Origin: Octopus sinensis
Taxonomy: Eukaryota
Direction: 5' to 3'
Assembly: GCF_006345805.1 (NCBI RefSeq)
Contig: NC_043022.1
Location: 12,090,001-12,154,000, forward strand
Length of the DNA: 64,000 nt
Shown here in pieces: positions 51,606-63,487 of the stretch (the first letter of the stretch is position 1; every line of letters begins with the position of its first letter). The notes below the pieces were generated by a model, which was given only the letters and a program-made list of their open reading frames with translations, was not told where the DNA came from and did not search any database. A program made the position numbers and the translations under genes.

Positions 51606-52276
51606 ATCTAATAGCAAGATAGGATGAGTGTCTGGATATTAGCACAGAGACCCCATATGGTTTCAACAGGACATTTCTTACAGGTACTGATAGCCCCTAT
51701 AGGTTGAGGTAATGATAGTAAATGTGTCTGTCGTCTTTGGACACAACCAGAGGGCGCTCAAATGATTTGAATGAGCTGTTTCTAACAGGCAATGACTGGC
51801 CCCTGTATGCTGAGGTAAAGATAGTTAAGTGTACCTCTGTCATATCTGGACCCTACAAGAGATACCCCATATCATTTGAATAGTGATTGGTGCCCCTGTT
51901 AATTTAATGGCTTGCGGTCTGTGTCATCTCTAGATAGGACCAACGTACATTACTGAGGGAGACAGCCGGTCTGACACCTGTCTACTCTTTCTCTTGTAAT
52001 TCCCACACTACAATAATAAGAAAGTTTACATTCTCAAATGGTTACTACAAACTTTATCAGAACATTTGTATACAAAGTGGGTGTAGTCTATGTATAGCAT
52101 GTGTGGAACATACACACACACACGCACACATATACCACACACCTACACCTTCCCTGTTCTCTTATCTTCCTCTTGTTTCACCTTGCATGTTTAGTGTGGA
52201 TATGTATAAACTACACAACAGAAATCTATCTGTCTGTCTTTTTGTATGTATGTATGTATGTATGTATATATATATA

Positions 52277-52314
<38 letters not shown>

Positions 52315-52419
52315 AATTTCTGTAGTGTAGTTTAGTGATCTAGAAAAATAGAACTAAATACAAGTTCTCATAAAATAATGAAGTACAATACACAACTGCG
52401 TAGCAATATTTTGTTGGTT

Positions 52420-52800
52420 TTGCTAACCAACCACATGGTTGCGGTTTCAGTCCCACTGCGTGGCATCTTGGGCAAGTGTCTTCTGCTATAGCCCCGGGCC
52501 GACCAATGTCTTGTGAGTGGATTTGGTAGACGGAAACTGAAAGAAGCCTGTCGTATATATGTATATATGTATATGTATATGTATGTGTGTGTGTGTGTTT
52601 GTCCCCCTAGCATTGCTTGACAACCGATGCTGGTGTGTTTACGTCCCCGTCACTTAGCGGTTCGGCAAAAGAGACCGATAGAATAAGTACTGGGTTTACA
52701 GAGAATAAGTTCCGGGGTCGATTTGCTCGACTAAAGGCGGTGCTCCAGCATGGCCGCAGTCAAATGACTGAAACAAGTAAAAGAGTAAAGAGTAAGAGTA
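52420..52800 (+). mobile_element. SINE-A, young, slightly 5' truncated
   Basis: High identity to the 19305 copy. Confidence 0.85.
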
Positions 52801-53038
52801 GTTTTTGGTGTTTAAAAATGTGGGTGAGTTTCTTTATAGTTGTTGCTTTTATGCTTAATGTTCTTTATTGCTTTATGTACTGCAATTGTTCTGGTTGCAA
52901 CCATGAGTTTTTAGTTCAATCCTGTTGCTCAGTATTTTGGGCAAGAGTCTTTTACCATAGGTCTGGGCCAAGCAATGCCTTGTATGTAGATTTGGTGGAT
53001 GGAAACTATTTTAGAAGCCCATTGTATGTATATGCGTA

Positions 53039-53603
53039 GATAGTGAAGCATGACCTTCGAATGTTGGGCCTCACAGAGGCAACGATGAAAGACCGAGACC
53101 TCTGGAGATATGCTGTGACTGTGAAGACCTGGCAAATAAAGTGAGTTCACAGCCGTATCCTACACCAGTTTCGCATAACCAGCCCCAGTCCATTCAAAAG
53201 TACCTTGGATTGTAGGGCAACCTGCTATGTTTGAGGAGGCCTATTGAGTCAAGTACATCAAATGAAAATCAAATGGAAATTGTATTTGTGATACCTGTGC
53301 CAGTGGCACGTAAAAAGCACCATCCAAATGTGGCCAATGCCAGCGCCTCCTTGACTGGCTTCCGTGTCAGTGGCATGTAAAAAAACAACAACTGATTGTG
53401 GCCGTTGCCAGCTACCACTGGCCTCTGTGCCGGTGGCACGTAAAAAGCACCCACTACACTCACGGAGTGGTTGGCATTAGGAAGGGCATCCAGCTGTAGA
53501 AACACTGCCAGATCAGACTGGGGCCTGGTGCAGCCTCCTGGCTTCCCAGATCCCAGTCGAACCGTCCAACCGTCCAACCATCGTTAAACGATGATGATGA
53601 TGA
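53039..53603 (+). mobile_element. RTE LINE 3' end (ORF2 C-terminus plus complete 3' UTR)
   Basis: VKHDLRMLGLTEATMKDRDLWRYAVTVKTWQIK* is continuous with the abundant gtggcacgtaaaaagcaccc..ggaagggcatcc..cgttaaacgatgatgatg repeat. Confidence 0.8.
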
Positions 53604-55270
53604 TATATATATATATACATGTACACACACGTATATGATATATATGTGTGTGTGGATGTGCCTGTGTTTGCCACCACCACCACCACCATGTGACAGCCAG
53701 TGTTTGTTTGTTTACTTTACTTTAACTTAGCAGTTTGGCAAAAGACACTGATAGCATAAGTTCCAGACTTTAAAAAAAAAAGTACTGAAGTCAATTTGTT
53801 TGATTAAACCCTTAAAGTTGGTGCTCCTGCATGGCCTCAGTCAAGTGGCTGAAACAAGTAAAATAGATAAAAGTATATATTTTCCATTGTCTCCTTCCCA
53901 AAATTCTTCATTGCATTTGTCATACTTGCACTCACTTCCTTGTAGAGGACATTAACCTTCCATCAATAGAACTGTAACTTTATCAGCTTGTGCTAAGGAA
54001 TGAGAATGGTGTCACGGCTCTTCTTTGCTCATATAACCCTGTCACTTAATGTGAAGGAATCAGAATTGAGTGAAGTATAAGAAATGATAAAAGATTGGGA
54101 GAGAAGAAGGAGAAAAAAAGTGAACGAATTCATGACAACCCAACTGGAGTCCATATAACCTCTGAGGGTTCATATAAGATTTTTGGGAGTCCATGCAACA
54201 AAAGAATTGGGGATCCACAACAGTATTTTAAGGGCCCCTGAAGAAATTTTGCTCTTCACTCAAATAAGCATGTCACCTCATGTGAAGGAGTTAGCATTGC
54301 ATCATGACCCTTCTGTACTGAAATAACCTTGTCACCTTCATGAAGGAATTAGCATTGTGTCATGGCCCCTCTTTACTCACGAACGGTAACACAATCTCCT
54401 CACCATGATGTCATTATGCCAGATATGTACATGCTGCTTTCATGAAATAAGATCATGAGAGGATTCACTTTCAGTGGAGATTTGTTAATGTGCGTGACTC
54501 TCTCAACAGAAGAAACACAGCCACAATCAATGCATATATCTTTTGTCAGACCATCCACTACCTCACACAGCACTAAGAAGAGAAAACCTGAGACTTACCC
54601 TCAGTGGAGGCATGGGTAACTCTATCTCTCCCACACCCACCAAAAAACAAAAAAAGAAAAAAAAAAGCAATAACCGCAATCAGTCACATGGTGACATGTA
54701 TCAGATGGTCTTCTATCTCACCGTTTCTTATCAAGATCATCAAAAACCAAATCACGTAATCTAAACTTCTCCCACCACACCAGACATTTACTGTCTCCAC
54801 GGCTGAGAAAGCCTGAGACAATCTCTCAGCGTAGGTGTGGTAAGTCTTTCTCAACAAAGAGAAACAAAGAGGAACACAGTCACTGTGGACATACAGGAAG
54901 AAATAGTCACATAATCATCTCAACAACAATAACAACACAACACTGCCTAGATATACCTTTACAATATATATATATATATATATATATAGAAATTCCATGC
55001 CATATCACGGTTCACCTGTCAATGTTTATTATTTAAGCTTAGGTGGATTGCTGCTTCATGGTGTTTTGCATTTATTATAAAATATATACAAATTATAAAA
55101 ATAGCAAAAAAAAAAATACAGTACACTACTGCTTCTATTTCATGGATTTTCACCCATCGTGGGGTGTTGGGGGTTGGAATTTAACACCCACGATAGTCGA
55201 GGGATTACTATATATACATACAAGAATATATATATATATATATATATAATACATACATACATATATATAT

Positions 55271-55521
55271 ATACATACATATATACAAGAAGGCGGTGAG
55301 CTGGCAGAAACGGTAGCACGACCGGCGAAATGCTAAGCCGTATTTCGTCTGCCGTTACGTTCTGAGTTCAAATTCCGCCGAGGTCGACTTTCCCTTTCAT
55401 CCTTTCGGGGTCGATAAATTAAGCACCAGTTACGCACTGGGGTCGATGTAATCGACTAAATCCCTTTTTCTGTCCTTGTTTGTCCCCTCTGTGTTTAGCC
55501 CCTTGTGGGTAGTAAAGAAAT
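55271..55521 (+). mobile_element. SINE-B monomer (tRNA-derived)
   Basis: ggcggtgagctggcagaaacg..gagttcaaattccgccgaggtcgac..cctttcatcctttcggggtcgataaattaag..gggtagtaaagaaata. Confidence 0.85.
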
Positions 55522-55531
55522 ATATATATAT

Positions 55532-55564
<33 letters not shown>

Positions 55565-55624
55565 TGCATATATACATACATATATATATATATATATGGA
55601 AATGACATAAATATATAACATAAA

Positions 55625-55745
55625 TGGAAATTGCAGCTGTGATACCAGTGCCGGTGGTACGTAAGAGAACCATCCGAATGTGGCCGTTGCCAGCACCGCC
55701 CCGACTGGCCTCGTGCCGGTGGCACGTAAAAAGCACCATCCGATT
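55625..55745 (+). mobile_element. RTE 3' UTR fragment
   Basis: gtgccggtggcacgtaaaaagcaccatccg sub-repeats. Confidence 0.65.
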
Positions 55746-56632
55746 GTGATTTTAATGAACCATTTAATATCTTCTCCTTCATCCTTCACAACTTGCTTGA
55801 ATGATGATGATGCTCATTTGCAACCATCACAAGATGTCTAGACAATGGCACACAGTCATGGCAGATGTAAGGCGTCGGGGTTTATCTTGGTGACCCTCAG
55901 AGATATACAAAACATTGCCAATACTGTTTCTTCTCTCTGTGTCTCTTTTACCACTTCTACAACATCCCCTCCAACACACAACTACCACCGTCTCTGTCTC
56001 ACAGACACACTGTTTCTTCTCTCTAACTATTCTACTACTACTACATCCTCACCAACACACTCCTACTATTTTGTAACAGTTGAAATTCTGAAGTACTGGG
56101 GGTTTCCTCTCCACCAATTTCCCTCGTGGGTTCTATGTCGAGAGGTGGGATTGAACATGGGACCTCGTGTCTGCAAAGTGAGCTTCCTAAGCACGCATCC
56201 ATGCCTGCACCTACAAGTGTTTCTCATTGTCAATAAACAGCTTCGTTAACATTTTTACTGGTCATTAGCATTAAAAAAATGATAAATAAATACAAAGAAA
56301 AAGAAAAAAAAAAGATGACTATTTGCTCTAGAGAGTTCCTGACCAATAAAACAAGGTTTTCATATTTTGAGCCTACTTTGTGTGGTAATATATATTATTC
56401 CTGTGTTTACCAAATATAGAAATGGCATTGTCTCACCGGAACCAAGTACTTTAGCTGTGTAATTTATTTATTTAACAGCTGTAACTTTTCCCTCTTGTTT
56501 GCGACCAACCTATTTCTGCTTTCAAAATACAGCTTCTTCCCTAATCTACACAAGCGCCTCTCTCACTTTTCTGACTCACCGTTTCTAATGTTCTCTTAAT
56601 AGCATTGTTTTAACTCTTTTTCTATGGCACTA

Positions 56633-56696
<64 letters not shown>

Positions 56697-56700
<4 letters not shown>

Positions 56701-56922
56701 CTTTATTGCCCACAAGGGGCTACACACAGAGGGGACAAACAAGGACAGACAAAGGGATTAAGTCAATTACTTCGACCCCAGTGCGCAACTGGTACTTTAT
56801 TTATCGACCCCGAAAGGATGAAAGGCAAAGATGACCTCGGCGGAATTTGAACTCACAATGTAACGACAGACGAAATACCGCTACACATTTCACCCGGCAT
56901 GCTAACGTTTCTGCCAGCTCAC
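56697..56922 (-). mobile_element. SINE-B monomer
   Basis: Reverse complement of the 55271 copy. Confidence 0.85.
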
Positions 56923-56949
56923 CTTATATATATATATATATATATATAC

Positions 56950-58160
56950 TCTTTACTCTTTTTCTTGTTTCAGTCATTTGACTGCGGCCATGCTGGAGCA
57001 CCGCCTTTAATTGAGCAACTCGACCCCGGGACTTATTCTTTTGTAAGCCCAGTACTTATTCTATCGGTCTCTTTTGCTGAACCGCTAAGTGACGGGGACA
57101 TAAACACACCAGCATCGGTTGTCAAACAATGCCAAGGGGACAAACGCGGACACACAAACACATACACACATATATATACATATATACGACGGGTTTCTTT
57201 CAGTTTCCATCTACCAAATCCACTCACAAGGCTTGGGTCGGCCCGAGGCTATAGTAGAAGACACTTACCCAAGGTGCCACGCAGTGGGACTGAACCCGGA
57301 CCCATGTGGTTGGTAAACAAGCTACTTACCACACAGCCACTCCTGCGCCTATATATGTGTGCATATGTATGTGTATGTATATCTATATATATATATAGGC
57401 ATAGGCGTGGTTGTTTGGTAAGAAGCTTGCTTCTCAACCACATGGTTCCAGGTTCATTCCTACTGTGTGGCATCTTGGAGAAGTATCTTCTACCATAGCC
57501 TTGGGCCAACCAGTGGATTTGGTAGGCGAAAACTGAAAGAAGCCTGTTGTGTATGTGTAGAGGTGCAATCTATGTGGGTGTCTTTTCAGAACATTGTCTG
57601 GTTTAAAAAACTACATCAGATGCCATGATGGTGCTAAGCTGTAGGTACAGGAGGTGGTCAGACTCTGTATAAAGAGTAGACAACCACTATGTTTATATAT
57701 ATACATATATATGTGTGTGTGTGTATTTATGTATGTGTCTGTTTGTGTCCCCCCCCCCCCACCATCACTTAAAAACTGATTCTGGTATGTTTATGTTCCT
57801 GTAACTTAGCGGTTCAGCAAAAGAGACCAATAGAATAAGTACTTGGCTTACAAAGGATAAGTCCTGGGGTTGATGTCTCCAACTAAGACCCTTTAACCCT
57901 TTCATTACTGTATTTATTTTGAGATACTCTGTGTTTCTTTCAATTACTTGAAATATAACAAAAAATTTACTAATATGACTTAGTTATCATTCAACTAGTG
58001 ATAGGAACATAAATTGTGACTAAGGTTTGGTGGAAGATGTTGATTCAAAATTTATGAAAACAAGACATTTATTCTAAAGAGCCAGAGCCGGTTTCAGCCG
58101 GGTTGGTAACGAAAGGGTTAAGGTGGTGCTCCAGCATGGCTACAGTCAAATGCCGGGGAC
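56950..58160. mobile_element. Head-to-head SINE-A pair (56950-57350 minus; 57398-58160 plus, hosting MITE-2)
   Basis: Opposed heads with a 47-bp TA-rich spacer. Confidence 0.8.
57897..58117. mobile_element. piggyBac-like MITE family 2, inserted in SINE-A
   Basis: TTAA|CCCTTTCATTAC..GTAACGAAAGGG|TTAA (57893-57896 and 58118-58121). Confidence 0.85.
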
Positions 58161-58232
58161 TAGTAAAGGAGTAAAAGAATATATACATTATTCGCAATTG
58201 ACGGATATTTGTCCTCATCTTGTTTGTTGTTA

Positions 58233-58276
58233 ACACAATGTTTCGGCTGATATACCCTCCAGCTTTCATCAGGTGT
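58233..58276 (-). ncRNA. Degenerate minimal hammerhead ribozyme motif
   Basis: Minus strand ACAC-CTGATGA-AAGCTG..CAGCC-GAAAC-A-TT-GTGT. Stem III CG appears decayed to CA. Confidence 0.5.
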
Positions 58277-58710
58277 CTTGGGGGAATTTCGAACTTGCAG
58301 CTGGTTTATGATCAAATGCATTCCAGTTGTGGCAACCCTGCTTGAGCATGATTTGAAAGAGATTTGCCTACCACTTCTTGCAGGTTATGCAGCCACATAG
58401 AGGCTCTCTTATTGGTTCGTAGAAGTGGTGGTGATGGTGTGACGGTAATAGTCAAGTATTGATTCGGTAAAACAAATGTATTAGGTGTGATTGGATGTTG
58501 TAGTTTAGTTCCCTGTCCCCCAGGTCAGCTGTGTGTGTGTGTGTTTCAAGTATTACATTATAACATGTATCCTTTTTAAGATAGCAATATGACTTGAGCT
58601 GTTATTTCTAGCTGGTCAAGCAACCATGTGAAAGTTTCTTCCTCATTGAGTGTCGATGCGTCATAGAGACAGAGGGAAAGAGAATGTGTGTGCATAAATG
58701 CTTGTATGTA

Positions 58711-58746
<36 letters not shown>

Positions 58747-58885
58747 CAGGTGCACGCTTTTGTGTGTGTTTTTCAATAAGTATCCTTCATTTCAGAAGAA
58801 CCACTTTCAACCTTGTTTTAAGCAAAATATATATTTTATGTATGCCTTGTTTGTATATATACATGTCTATATATGTATGTATTTA

Positions 58886-58945
<60 letters not shown>

Positions 58946-59073
58946 GGATAAGATTGTTACTTAAATATCGATCTTATCAAGTGACCAGGATGGGAGCATT
59001 TAATGTGGTTTTAGAGTCAAGTTTTGGCTGCTATTTCCAGCATGGTAGTATCTCTTAGATACTCTAAATTATA

Positions 59074-59125
<52 letters not shown>

Positions 59126-59129
59126 ATGT

Positions 59130-59275
59130 GTAGCTGTCTGTACGTCACCTGCTGCCATCTTTGCCATTGCTGCTTCTTTCTCGCCCAGTCATAGACTTTT
59201 TTCTCTCTCTTTATCGTTTGACATTTTCGGTGCCTTGTACTGAGAAACCAAAAAGTCTAAAAGATGAGTAAGCCG
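59130..59275 (+). promoter_or_regulatory. Candidate promoter and first exon ending ATG-A|GTAAGC
   Basis: TACGTCAC, YY1-like GCCATCTT, CpG-rich flanks, aagATGa at 59264, GT at 59268. Confidence 0.4.
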
Positions 59276-59543
59276 CCTCTGTTTAATCTTACAGTTTATT
59301 TCTGCCGCGCTTTTAACTAGGGGTGTCGCGTTTCTAACATATCTCGCCCCCCCCAACATTCGCCATACCTATCACCGCCATCGCCCCCCCCTCACCGCTC
59401 CTGCCACTAAACTTCCCAATTATTTATTACACAAACCCTAAGTCTACCAAAGAACATGAATATATAATTGCCTTTCACCAGAAATATCTGCAGAAGGAAA
59501 AAAAAAAACGTCTTTAAGCCTATCCATCATGACAAGGCATAGT

Positions 59544-59580
<37 letters not shown>

Positions 59581-59764
59581 TGAGTGAGAGTGTGTTTGTG
59601 TGCATATATCATCATCATTTTACGTCATTGTGTATATACACACTCTCACAAACATGTATATGTTATATATATATATATATATATGTGGAACAGGGCGTGC
59701 TTAACCTTTCATTCTTCAGCCACGCTTGTGTGGGTGTTTGTAAATGAGTATGTGTGTACTCATG

Positions 59765-59886
59765 TATCTATCCATCTATCTATCTATCTATCTCTCATCT
59801 ATCTATCTATCTATCTATGTATCTATCTATCTATCTATCTATCTGCCTATCTAATCTATCTATCTATCTATCTATCTGCCTATCTA

Positions 59887-59935
<49 letters not shown>

Positions 59936-60008
59936 CCTACCTATCTACCTATCTACCTACCTATCTGTCTATCTACCTACCTACCTACCTACCTACCTAC
60001 CTACCTAC

Positions 60009-60043
<35 letters not shown>

Positions 60044-60069
60044 CCTACCTACCTACCTATCTATCTATC

Positions 60070-60100
<31 letters not shown>

Positions 60101-60137
60101 CTACCTACCTACCTACCTACCTATCTATCTATCTATC

Positions 60138-60172
<35 letters not shown>

Positions 60173-60200
60173 TTATCTATCTATCTATATATATATATCT
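59765..60200. repeat. (TATC)n/(TACC)n tetranucleotide array (GATA/GGTA on minus)
   Basis: Direct inspection. Confidence 0.95.
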
Positions 60201-60779
60201 GTCTCTCTGTCTGTCTATGTATGTATCTATCTGTGTATGTGTGCGCGTGTGAATTTTACCTTGTCTCTCTCTCACGATTCCTGCCGCCCACCACTCCATT
60301 TTATTACTTTTCTCTCTCTCTATTGAGCGTGGTCGGTCGGTAGCTGTTTTGTGAGCATATGTTTTGTTGCGTTCAACCATTTGTAGTTAGTTGTTGCAGT
60401 CAACAAACTTTTTATTTTCATATTTTCAAGCAAACAAAAGAGAAAGGGAAAATGAAAGAAGGAGCTTCTGTAGGAGATCTGCTGCGAGAAATTTCGGTCA
60501 AATTTCCTTTTGAATCATAAAAAAACAATCTGAAAGCAATGGAAGAACATTGGGGACAATGTAGCTCTAGATATATTATTCCTTTTATTCTTTTCTTTGA
60601 CTGGAAGGGTTTTTTAGTTGAGCAAATCGATACTAATCTGGTTCTTATTTTATCAGTCTTATCTTTGCTGACCCGCAAAGTCATGGGGATTATGGGGGAG
60701 AAACATAAGTATAAATGTGAATGCACACACCACACTGTCATGCCTTGAGAATTTACTTACATTAAAGTGCCTCGAGTGT

Positions 60780-60852
60780 GCCTCCATAGCTCAGAGGTTA
60801 GAGCACTGGTCTTGTAAACCAGGGCTCGTGAGTTCGATTCTCACTGGGGGCT
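60780..60852 (+). tRNA. trnT-UGU: tRNA-Thr (anticodon UGU)
   Basis: Full cloverleaf: acceptor GCCTCCA/TGGGGGC, D stem GCTC/GAGC, anticodon stem CTGGT/ACCAG with CT-TGT-AA loop, T stem GTGAG/CTCAC with TTCGATT loop. A T6 Pol III terminator lies about 10 nt downstream. The variable loop is GGCTC rather than the usual GGGTC. Confidence 0.9.
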
Positions 60853-61739
60853 GCACAGCAAATTTTTTCAGTGGTGGTGCCCCAGCATGGCCGCGGCCTT
60901 CGGGCTAAAACATTTTTAAGGATTTAAAGGTAAACGTCTGTGGATTACTCAGCCACATATACATTAATTCAAGGGTAGATAATTCAGTTGAGAGCAAACA
61001 ACTGAATCCTCATCATCGAATGACAAAAATCTACCATTCCACTGACCCCAGTCATCTGTAATTGTGCACGTCTATGGACAAAGGGGCTTCAGCTTGTCCC
61101 TCCAATGTGGTGTGATTTGTGGAAGATTTATTTGCTTGCTGTTTCTAGAACTTCGAGGTGTCCTGGTTTTCTCAACAATCAGTTTTATTGTTGTCGCAAT
61201 ATTCAGGATGTTAACAAAACCACTTCAGCTGTATTTTTTTTGTTTGTTTTTGTACTTGTTTAACCCCAGGTCAGGCCTGATCCAGGACATTGATGAAGCA
61301 ACAACAGTGGCCACTCCCGTTGGGTAATACTGGACCTAACAATAGAAAACCTGCTGTGATGGTGGTGTTAGTGGTAGTAATAGTGGTTGTGGTAGTGGTG
61401 GTGGGAGTAATATTAGTTGTGGTGCTGGTGGAAGAAGAGGAGGTAGTAATATTAATTATGGTGGTGGTGGTTGTGGTGGTGGAAAAGATAAGCCAACAAA
61501 TCCTATAATTGGATCAAACTATTTGATGGGTCAGTTATTGTTATAGATGGGATAAAAATTGTTTGAGAGAGAGAGAGAGAGACAAAAGATAGTTTCATGG
61601 GTCAGTGTGTTATGACATTGAGGGTCCAGGTCATGGGGACAGTGTGTTGATGGAGGGAGAAGACAGCAGACATGTAATGTCATCAAAAAGGCCAGTTTAC
61701 TTTACACATACACATGCATACACAAACATGTACATACAT

Positions 61740-61895
61740 ACATACAATGGGCTTCTTTCAGTTGACCAAATGCACTCACAAGGCTTTGGTCAGCTCTGGT
61801 TATATAGCAGATGACATTTGCCCTGGTGCCACACAATGGGATTAAATCCAGTGGTTGAGAAGCAATTTTCTTGACCACATAGCTGTTCCTGCACC
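61740..61895 (-). mobile_element. SINE-A head fragment
   Basis: gggcttctttcagttgacc..ctcacaaggctttggtc. Confidence 0.6.
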
Positions 61896-61929
61896 TAATA
61901 ATATATATGTATATAGGGCCATGGGAAAG

Positions 61930-62075
61930 CATCCAACACACTCAGTAAAATGGTTGGTGTTAGGAAGGGCATCCAGCCATAGAAACCAAGCCAAATCAGA
62001 CTGGAGTTTGGTGCAGCTCCCCGGCTTGCCAGCTCTGGTCAGACTGGACAACCCATGCCAACATGGACAATAATG
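61930..62075 (+). mobile_element. RTE 3' UTR copy
   Basis: ggttggtgttaggaagggcatccagccatagaaacc..catggacaataatgat. Confidence 0.7.
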
Positions 62076-62153
62076 ATATGGAAGACAGACGATATATATA
62101 TATATATATATATATCAAATGAAATAAATGAAAAACAGGACGCAAAGGATTTT

Positions 62154-62246
62154 GCGGTACATATGTTTCGGGCTTTATAGAACAACTTATTCTTACATCA
62201 ATGCATAATTGATATAATAGATAGATCAAAAGCCTTCTTCAGCCGC
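62154..62246 (-). ncRNA. Minimal type-I hammerhead ribozyme motif with long loop II
   Basis: Minus strand GCGG-CTGAAGA-A-GGCTTT..(about 50 nt)..AAAGCC-C-GAAAC-ATAT-GTA-CCGC, with palindromic ACATATGT stem III. Confidence 0.7.
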
Positions 62247-63487
62247 GTACAATTGCTACACCAAAGACTTGTATCACATTATAAAAGGTTTGAGAAAAAA
62301 ACCGAGTTTCATTCGGAAAGTATGTTTGTAAATCTTCATAGGCGTACGTGGTATTGTTAGACTCCAAAACAAATCGTCCACACCGTTTTTTCATTCGATA
62401 TAGAATATATATATATATATGTATGTGTGTGTATAATGTCCATAGAATAGGAACAATCTGTGTCAGTTTTTGACAATTTTGTGGGGGCCAGGTTGGGTAG
62501 GACTGTATTCAGAAGTTATCCAGAATAGTTTGTCTGTCTGTCTGTCATTGTTCTGTTCAAGTTCTGCAATATCTCACTGCAGCCTCTGTGTTCTTGCTTG
62601 AAGTTTTGGTGCTTACTCTTGTACAACATCATCTCTGTCCGACGATGGCTTTGAAAAACTTTAACAAACAACACACTCTTACATCATGGTCTAATTACTT
62701 ACAATTTCGTAGTGGTAGTGTAGAATTAGTGTCGTAGCTATAGTTACTTCCTCTCCCCCTCTGCTTCTTCTTCTTCTTCTTAGCAGGAAGTCTAGATGCT
62801 GTGATGTTGGGAGTGATGGCGGCGGTGGTGGTGGTGGGTGCTGGCATCTACTGTAGAGATCAAAAATAGAATTGAAGGCAGGAAATCTGATAGCTGAACT
62901 TGGTTACTTTTTCTTTATATTAAAATTTTTTTTTATCGTTTATATTGCTGGGAGGACGTATGCATGCTTGTGTGTATGGCATACATACATTCATTTATAT
63001 ATATATATATATAAAATAAACATTGGAGCTGTTCCCTACCCCTGCATAGAAATTGTTGGTGGTACTCAGAGGTATTGCAAGCTCTTCTGAATTGATTGCA
63101 ATTCTGCATCATCAGCAGGTATCTCAGGGTCACAAGTACTTTGTCGCCTTAGCCTCTAGGCTTCACCAACTTAAGGGTTTCACCTGCAATCTTTTGCCAG
63201 CCATGGCCAGTTTGAACTATTTTCACTGCTGTTCCTATTTCCTTGGTGGCTTTTTTCAGTTGTTTGGATTCTAGTCCAAATCTTCCGTGTTTGGATTGCT
63301 CTAGTATTTCTACAGGAAACACACCAACCCAGCAGGGAAGGTGACTTCAATCTAACACACTTGATGCAAATATGTCATTGAAAAGCAAATTTAATGCAGT
63401 ACGTGTCTGGAGATAATATCTCTTTTTTTTTTTTAAGTGCTGTGTTTAAAAACACAATGTATATCCAAATGAGACATGGGCTACTAC

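Noticed and set aside
54590-54850. Donor-like GTAAGT motifs on both strands (about 54600 minus, 54840 plus)
   Set aside because: No accompanying promoter motifs, acceptor or ORF to support an exon.
59584-60326. 190-222 aa YLSI-repeat ORFs
   Set aside because: Translation of the (TATC)n array.
63085-63120. Minus-strand CTGATGA with tgca/tgca hairpin
   Set aside because: Followed by ATCAA rather than GAAA.
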